From the IMG/VR virus record IMGVR_UViG_3300001594_000003, positions 1 to 64,000 of that record: a DNA stretch of 64,000 bases; one strand, 5' to 3'. Within the stretch, counting starts at the first letter, position 1; the number at the start of each line of letters is the position of its first letter. Origin of the DNA: a virus (Duplodnaviria; Caudoviricetes). The translations under genes and the position numbers were made by a program. Of the stretch, positions 58,060 through 64,000 are shown one piece after another. Under the pieces are notes generated by a model. It was not told where the DNA came from, did not search any database, and saw only the letters and a list, made by a program, of their open reading frames with translations.

Positions 58060-61000
58060 ATGAGTCGCCTTCGCATTAGAAACAACGATAACAGCCGCTG
58101 GATTGATATTTGCCAAAGCGAGTGGTACGTTCGCAACCCGGCAAATACACATTGGCAGCGTATCATGCCAAGTCAAGGAATGAAAGCCCGTCACGGGAGT
58201 AATGATTACTGGCTAGACATTAACTGTCTGTCAGAGGGAATAGAAGATTGCGAAGCCGAAGACGAATACGGCGGCACTCCAGATGGCAAAGGCGCTAACG
58301 GTTCTGGCCCTGGTACGGGTACTGGAGGTGGTAGTGATAGCGGTGTAGGCGGTAGTGGCAGTGGGACCGGTGGAGGTAGTAGTGGTGGAGTAGGTAGTGG
58401 CGGTGGGGCCGGCGGAGGAGGCAGCGGTGGCGGCCTTAGTGGAAATGGCCCAAGCTCTCCTGACTACAGCAACGACGATTTAGGTTCTGGTGATGGTAGT
58501 GGCGGTGGGACCGGCGGCTGGTCTCCTAATGCCCCCTATCCGCCTGGCTACGATCTTCCAGACAGTGATGGAGATGGCGCAGGCGATCGCGGCGACTGTA
58601 TCTATCGACCCGGATTGAATACTTGTGAATCCAAGCAGCCAGTAATAGCCCGACCAGACAAGGACTGCGGCACTCGTTCTGCTGGCTCGTGGGATTGTCC
58701 GTTCGAGTGTCCGGATTCGGTTAATGGTGCAGGAAAAGGCATTACCGAGTTTTACATTGACATGGGCAATGTCAGCGGCAAAGTCAATCTGCCGTGGAGT
58801 GTGCCTGCAGGTTCAGCCAGCTTCGATGTGTACTATCGTGGTAAGCGTGTTGCAACCACTAGCGGTCAACGTTCTGGTAAAGGCAAGCTGTCTTTCGTGT
58901 TTACCCCGATCGATAATGATGGCAAGCTGTTTGTGCGCGTTCGTACTAAAGTCAATCACGCTCGTTGGACCCTACAGATCAAATGTAAGGACGACGAAGA
59001 CGATGGTACACTAGACGATCCACGCCCATGTCACGGTACCTACTCTGCAAAATCCGGAGGTCAAGGTGTTCACGAGTTTTACCATGCAATGGGTGAGACT
59101 GAAGGTGAAGCGCAAGTTCGATTCCAAATGTGGAATCAACCTGACAAGATGGAAATCTTCCGCGACGGTGTTCTGATCAAAACGACTGGAACATACATTG
59201 CGGGCGAAGGGTCGTTGAAGTTTAACTGGGTGCCTGGTGGATCAGGGTTGATTCTCATCCGCATCACTGCACGCGACCCTGGAACAAGCTGGAACTACAT
59301 GATAAACTGCCCTGGTCAAAAAGGCGCAGAAGACGATCCACGCCCGTGTGATGATACCAGCCCTGTTACTTCTGGCGGTGCGGGTATCACGGACACTTAT
59401 GTCTATATGGGGTTCAAAGCTGGTAAAGTCGGTATTCGCTATCAGATGTGGAACATTCCAGACAAGCTGGACGTGTATCAGAACGGCTCCCTCGTTGCTA
59501 CTACTGGTGGTCCTGTTACAGGCGATCATTGGTTGTATTTCGAGTACGATCCGTCTCGCGGTACTAAGATCATGATCCGAGTTACTGGCAGCGGTAAGAC
59601 TTCGTGGAGCTTTCTGCATACGTGTCCAGGCGAAGACGACCCCAACATTTCGATCAACTCTCCAAGTGTTCGTGAAGGTGCTGAGGGTGAGAATCCGAAC
59701 CTATGTTGGACTGTTTCCATGGATCGCCCGCAGGGTGCACCAGTTACAGTTGACTACGGTACGAACGGCGGTAGCGCTCAGCCTGTAGTTGCGCAAGGTC
59801 GCATTCTCGCTACTGACCAGTTCGACAATCCGTTTATTGCAGTTGTTGACCAAGCTGACGTAGGTAAAGTTGCTTTCGACGGTGGTTTTCCGAAGTTCTA
59901 CAACAACGGATTCAGCGCACCGATGGCTGCTCCTACTGGAACTGAGGTATTTGACACTTGGTGGCGTACTGCTGGAGCAGAACTCTATCAGACTCCAGCA
60001 TCTATTCCGAGCGGCAGTGAAGCTGCCGCGTGGTCGTTCTCTGGTGGCGCTATCCGTTCTACCGTGAACTCCAGCAACATCATCACGTTCTTGAGTCCAG
60101 ACGAGTACGATAGCTATACCTTCGAAGCTACGCTCAGCAGTGCCGACGGCGATAACGACATGGTTGGGTTGGTTGCCGCGTATAAGCGCGTAGGCAGCGA
60201 CAACATGATGATCCTGGCTATTCGTCAACGTGGCGGTATGGGTAACTTCGGAAGCAACTTTAGCTTGGTGCTGTGCAAAAACAACACAGTTCAGCAAGTC
60301 TACGGTGGCGCTAACTACGGCACAAACGGTGGATGGTCTGGCGTAGAAACCAGAGTTCGAGTAGAGCGCGACTGCAACAAGTTGATTGCGTATTGCTCGC
60401 CGTTTGGATCGACGACAATCAATGAAAGTTCCAAGATAGAAATCACTCTGCCTGAAATGTTTTTGCCTTCGTCTCGTTGGGGTTTCTGTGCGCAGTCTCA
60501 GTTGGGCGCTACGTTTGGCAGCATCTTCCTGAGCGGTATCGGCCTTCCGCCCGCTTTTACCTACTTGAAGAACCTGATGTTGTGGTGTGCCAAAGCTGGA
60601 CGTAACCGTATTCTGATTACGTGTGATGCCCCAACAGGAAACACGTACAGTCTGGATAATCAGCCGACAGGCTTCGCACTCTCCATGGCGGGCACTGTAC
60701 AGGCTGCGGGATTTGAGCCTGTTATAAACGATATCTACGCATGGAACGATGTGGGTGTTATTCCGCTTTCCGATATGAATCAGTATGCGGCCATCGTTGT
60801 CATCGGTTCCAATAGTGATCGAGTACCTCGGTTCAAGTCCGCGACTATCGCCAACTTCGGTGAATACGTTCGCACGGGTGGTGGACTGATCTTGATCACG
60901 GATCATGACGTGTTCCAAGCATCGGTTAACCAACTCGCCGCTCTGTTCAATGTCGAGTTCTACGCCAGCGTTGATCGTGCTCCTATCTCTGTAGCGGATA

Positions 61001-61983
61001 CGATCACCAAGCACGGCGATCACGAAGCGTGGGAAGGTCTGCTCTGTAAGATGCTCCCAGCCGGCGGTAGTGAGGGTGCCATTCGACTCAAGCAGGTTGT
61101 ACCTGACTACAGGCCCATTGCAGGCACAGTGACGTTTGCGCCGGGCGAGACTTCAAAAGAGGTATGCGTACCGATTATAGGCAACAACATACAGCAAGCC
61201 GATCGAACCATCAACATGAACATCAGCAATCCGAGTCGCGGTAAGATAACGACTGCTGTTGGTGTTGGCACAATCATCGATGACGACAGTGCAATCTGTA
61301 AGCAGAATCCAACTGGTGCTGTCTATCAGAGAGCAGGCGGACCTGATGGTTCCTATCTGCTGCACGTTCAACCTGATTTCAACTGTGCTGCAGGTAACGT
61401 CAAGTACCTAATGATGGCGAATCTGAACTTTGCCTACACAGGTCCTTACGTATTCAACATCAGCAACGATGATGACTTTGAGTTGTACATCGACTGTAAG
61501 CTGGTGGCAAGTGGTGGTCTTGGTAACAAGGCATTTACGATCAACGTCGCTGCCGGTACTCGTAACGTGATTCTGCGTTACCTGAACATACCGAACTGCA
61601 CACCCGGTTACGCTGGGTTCTCTGTTCGATTCAACAACGCGATCACTTATCTGACCAAAGCATCTGATTGGAAAGGCCAAGTGAACTCTATTGGAGAGAT
61701 TGAATCGGGAAATGAACCCGCACCTTCTCCTACGCCTCCACCTACATGCAACTCTACTCCAGAGATTTGCCAAGTTTATCAGGAGCTCTTTAATCGACTG
61801 CCTGATGAACCCGGCGCTCAATTCTGGTTGAGTGATATTAACGCCAATGGTTGGGACGTAAAGACGCCTGAAGGATATGCCGCGTTTAAGGAGAGGGTGC
61901 GCCAATCGGCAGGACAGAGTGACTGTGCATACATGGGCGGAACGTGGGACTCGGTAAACAATCGCTGCATCCTACCGTCGTGA
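58060..61983 (+). CDS. Multidomain adhesin / receptor-binding protein
   Basis: Triple-Trp N-terminal module, Gly/Ser linker, three repeated beta domains, split Calx-beta, lectin-like and PA14-like (NDDDFELYID) domains. Confidence 0.7.
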   Translation: MSRLRIRNNDNSRWIDICQSEWYVRNPANTHWQRIMPSQGMKARHGSNDYWLDINCLSEGIEDCEAEDEYGGTPDGKGANGSGPGTGTGGGSDSGVGGSGSGTGGGSSGGVGSGGGAGGGGSGGGLSGNGPSSPDYSNDDLGSGDGSGGGTGGWSPNAPYPPGYDLPDSDGDGAGDRGDCIYRPGLNTCESKQPVIARPDKDCGTRSAGSWDCPFECPDSVNGAGKGITEFYIDMGNVSGKVNLPWSVPAGSASFDVYYRGKRVATTSGQRSGKGKLSFVFTPIDNDGKLFVRVRTKVNHARWTLQIKCKDDEDDGTLDDPRPCHGTYSAKSGGQGVHEFYHAMGETEGEAQVRFQMWNQPDKMEIFRDGVLIKTTGTYIAGEGSLKFNWVPGGSGLILIRITARDPGTSWNYMINCPGQKGAEDDPRPCDDTSPVTSGGAGITDTYVYMGFKAGKVGIRYQMWNIPDKLDVYQNGSLVATTGGPVTGDHWLYFEYDPSRGTKIMIRVTGSGKTSWSFLHTCPGEDDPNISINSPSVREGAEGENPNLCWTVSMDRPQGAPVTVDYGTNGGSAQPVVAQGRILATDQFDNPFIAVVDQADVGKVAFDGGFPKFYNNGFSAPMAAPTGTEVFDTWWRTAGAELYQTPASIPSGSEAAAWSFSGGAIRSTVNSSNIITFLSPDEYDSYTFEATLSSADGDNDMVGLVAAYKRVGSDNMMILAIRQRGGMGNFGSNFSLVLCKNNTVQQVYGGANYGTNGGWSGVETRVRVERDCNKLIAYCSPFGSTTINESSKIEITLPEMFLPSSRWGFCAQSQLGATFGSIFLSGIGLPPAFTYLKNLMLWCAKAGRNRILITCDAPTGNTYSLDNQPTGFALSMAGTVQAAGFEPVINDIYAWNDVGVIPLSDMNQYAAIVVIGSNSDRVPRFKSATIANFGEYVRTGGGLILITDHDVFQASVNQLAALFNVEFYASVDRAPISVADTITKHGDHEAWEGLLCKMLPAGGSEGAIRLKQVVPDYRPIAGTVTFAPGETSKEVCVPIIGNNIQQADRTINMNISNPSRGKITTAVGVGTIIDDDSAICKQNPTGAVYQRAGGPDGSYLLHVQPDFNCAAGNVKYLMMANLNFAYTGPYVFNISNDDDFELYIDCKLVASGGLGNKAFTINVAAGTRNVILRYLNIPNCTPGYAGFSVRFNNAITYLTKASDWKGQVNSIGEIESGNEPAPSPTPPPTCNSTPEICQVYQELFNRLPDEPGAQFWLSDINANGWDVKTPEGYAAFKERVRQSAGQSDCAYMGGTWDSVNNRCILPS

Positions 61984-61991
61984 GGTGAATG

Positions 61992-62162
61992 ATGGCTGTT
62001 CGACTACGTGTTCGTGATAAGCCTGACGGAGCGTGGATCGAAAACTTTGATAAGCTAGGCTGGAAAGTTCGTAAGGCCGATAACTCCGGGTGGATTCAAA
62101 TGCACCCGGGGAACACCAAAGTTCGATCCTCTGATAATACCAGATGGCTAAACGTTAAGTGA
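61992..62162 (+). CDS. 56-aa triple-Trp-repeat protein, paralogue of the adhesin N-terminus (not in the ORF track)
   Basis: MAVRLRVRDKPDGAWIENFDKLGWKVRKADNSGWIQMHPGNTKVRSSDNTRWLNVK; GAGGTG RBS. Confidence 0.8.
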   Translation: MAVRLRVRDKPDGAWIENFDKLGWKVRKADNSGWIQMHPGNTKVRSSDNTRWLNVK

Positions 62163-62169
62163 GGAATTT

Positions 62170-62976
62170 ATGGGTGGATTAACAAGACCGCCGCTCGCCA
62201 TGATTGACCCAGGGTTCGGGGCAACAAACGATCAGGTGCGCTTCAACGGTGAATTGCTTGAGTTGCAGTCTGACGATGACAACGAAAGTAATTCTCAAGT
62301 TGTAAATGGAGAGTACGACTCCGAAACTGGTACCTTGAAGTTAACTAAGGAAGATCGATCTACAATCATCATTCGTGGTTTTCTCACTAAAGCTAGTGTG
62401 GGTGTTGGCCCAACGGGTCCGACTGGTCCGCAAGGTAAGCCTGGGTCAAATGGGCGCAACGGTAAAGACGGACGTACTGGCGCTCAGGGTTGTATGGGAC
62501 CAAAGGGTGACCCAGGTCCAGCGGGCCCCACAGGTCCAGCGGGTCCACCCGGTACTGTAGGTAGTTTGGGTGCAACCGGCCCGACTGGTCCTACGGGCCC
62601 GACTGGTCCTGCAGGTGCAGACGGTAAAGCTCCAGTATTTGGTGTCGGAGAATCTGCTGCATACGAGCTGTTTGAGAATGCAACTCTGAAATGCTGGGGC
62701 CGCTTCACTTCAACAGAAGCCGCTGTATTCCAACGCATTGTATTCCCAGAAGCGTTCAAGACAGACAAGCCTCGCGCCATGTTTTTGCAGTTCATCGATC
62801 CGACCAGTAATGTAAAGGATGCTATACGTGTCGATCGAATCAACAAGGGTAATGCCGAGTTGAGTGTGGTCGAAAGTAAACTGCCGCAAGTTCCAGACGG
62901 TACGGGTGAAACAGTACCCGCACCTGCGACTGGCTGGGATTTTTACTGGTTCGTTATTGGCTCTGACACTCCGTAA
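62170..62976 (+). CDS. Collagen-like fibre protein 4 (about 25 triplets) with a tail-fibre-tip domain
   Basis: Gly-X-Y run; LKCWGR..IVFPEAF...FYWFVIG tip motif. Confidence 0.88.
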   Translation: MGGLTRPPLAMIDPGFGATNDQVRFNGELLELQSDDDNESNSQVVNGEYDSETGTLKLTKEDRSTIIIRGFLTKASVGVGPTGPTGPQGKPGSNGRNGKDGRTGAQGCMGPKGDPGPAGPTGPAGPPGTVGSLGATGPTGPTGPTGPAGADGKAPVFGVGESAAYELFENATLKCWGRFTSTEAAVFQRIVFPEAFKTDKPRAMFLQFIDPTSNVKDAIRVDRINKGNAELSVVESKLPQVPDGTGETVPAPATGWDFYWFVIGSDTP

Positions 62977-62985
62977 GGTGAACAC

Positions 62986-63471
62986 ATGCTGCCCGCTCCG
63001 TACTATCATCTGTACTATGACGAGGAAACTGGTGAGATTCTAGGTTTCTGGAATCCCAACAACGGTGAGTGCGAATACTCACCAAACATCCTAGTCGACC
63101 TTGAAACGCACGGCATGGTTCAACCGCGCTCGCACCAGTTTCGAGTTGTTAATGGAAAGGTAGTGTCCGTAGAAGAACTCAATGCACAGCAGTCCAACAG
63201 CGATGAAGCATCTGACGACGATGAAGCCCCAGCGCCATCTCGACAGAGTGAACCTTCTCTTGCAGGCGGGCTTGTTGTGGATGGTGTCTGCTACGCCATA
63301 GTACCTCATCACTTATCCGTATTGATGTTGGACTTGTCCGTTAACGCAGATGAAGTACGAGCGATCACATACACTAAGGAAGGTAGGCGTCTTGTTAAGC
63401 TGTCAAGAGCCGATGCCGAAAACGTAGCCTCGAAAATCGCCGAGCATCTGTCCAATCTACTGGTTGGATAA
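62986..63471 (+). CDS. Putative fibre assembly chaperone
   Basis: YYDEETGEILGFW..V..G..V pattern after a fibre-tip gene. Confidence 0.5.
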   Translation: MLPAPYYHLYYDEETGEILGFWNPNNGECEYSPNILVDLETHGMVQPRSHQFRVVNGKVVSVEELNAQQSNSDEASDDDEAPAPSRQSEPSLAGGLVVDGVCYAIVPHHLSVLMLDLSVNADEVRAITYTKEGRRLVKLSRADAENVASKIAEHLSNLLVG

Positions 63472-63501
63472 TTTACTCAGAGCATATACCGAGGTATAAA
63501 A

Positions 63502-64000
63502 ATGACACTACCTATTCAAAGACTCATTGAGGCTGCAACCCTGCGCGGCCTTTCCGAGTCTAACGGCATCATACTGTCAATCGACGGTCCGCTCGGTGTT
63601 CGCATAAACGTCACGGTAAGTCATCAGGAGCCGATAACAATCGTGGCTCCGATGGACCTTATCTGGATCAAACCAGATACTGGCGATGTTCTTCGACGTG
63701 TGAGTCGTGCGCAGAGTCAAACACACTCACACACGTGGCAACTTGCGGACGAATCCAACTTCTGGCAACAACAGATATGGGACGAGCCGCGACCGAATGA
63801 TCAAGACTTCCAAGAGCTAAATCGTAACATCGGCAACACGCACCTGTTGAAAGCTGAGGATATCGGTGCTATCAGCACGGACGGTGCGCAGATGTTGGGT
63901 GAGCTTCGTCCACGTGTGTTGGACCCAGCTACGACCGATACTTACTCTGCGGAAGAAGCCGTACCTCGTTCGTTCGTTGAGAAGTTGACATTAGCGGCCC
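63502..64000 (+). CDS. LRRVS-family structural protein (3' truncated by the window edge)
   Basis: MTLPIQRLIEAATLRGL...HQEP..APMDLIWI...VLRRVS...HTWQ; GAGG RBS; TAATTTA at 63469. Confidence 0.75.
   Translation, partial: MTLPIQRLIEAATLRGLSESNGIILSIDGPLGVRINVTVSHQEPITIVAPMDLIWIKPDTGDVLRRVSRAQSQTHSHTWQLADESNFWQQQIWDEPRPNDQDFQELNRNIGNTHLLKAEDIGAISTDGAQMLGELRPRVLDPATTDTYSAEEAVPRSFVEKLTLAA

Overview
64 kb segment of a large (jumbo-type) myovirus genome, almost entirely + strand and densely coding. No rRNA, tRNA or CRISPR array was seen. From left to right: (i) a head/neck-type block with a histone H1-like protein, a neck-like protein, an M15 endolysin, a small HNH and a 1979-aa SNF2 ATPase; (ii) a replication operon (family A DNA polymerase with a degenerate UDG-like N-terminus, DnaN-like clamp, SF2 helicase, degenerate DnaC-like protein, J-domain protein); (iii) tail sheath plus Ig-repeat fibres; (iv) an NAD+ ligase and a cluster of basic proteins, ChaB, a GT2-TPR glycosyltransferase, a prohead protease and an Acb1-like anti-CBASS phosphodiesterase; (v) an inverted thyA cassette; (vi) baseplate genes and four paralogous collagen-like fibres with a large adhesin and a free-standing HNH homing endonuclease. 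The gene content suggests the Lu11/PaBG/RSL1/Y3-like group (inference, no search run). Main observations: the four collagens have exactly registered cysteines and a possible socket/plug tip system; a shared N-terminal leader with [SA]-x-[SA]-[SA] motifs may mark protease-processed capsid cargo, possibly including Acb1; there are two candidate phage promoter motifs (TAATTTA, ACTGTAAACG); and a hairpin hides the HNH start codon and overlaps TAATTTA. All functional calls come from motif recognition by eye.
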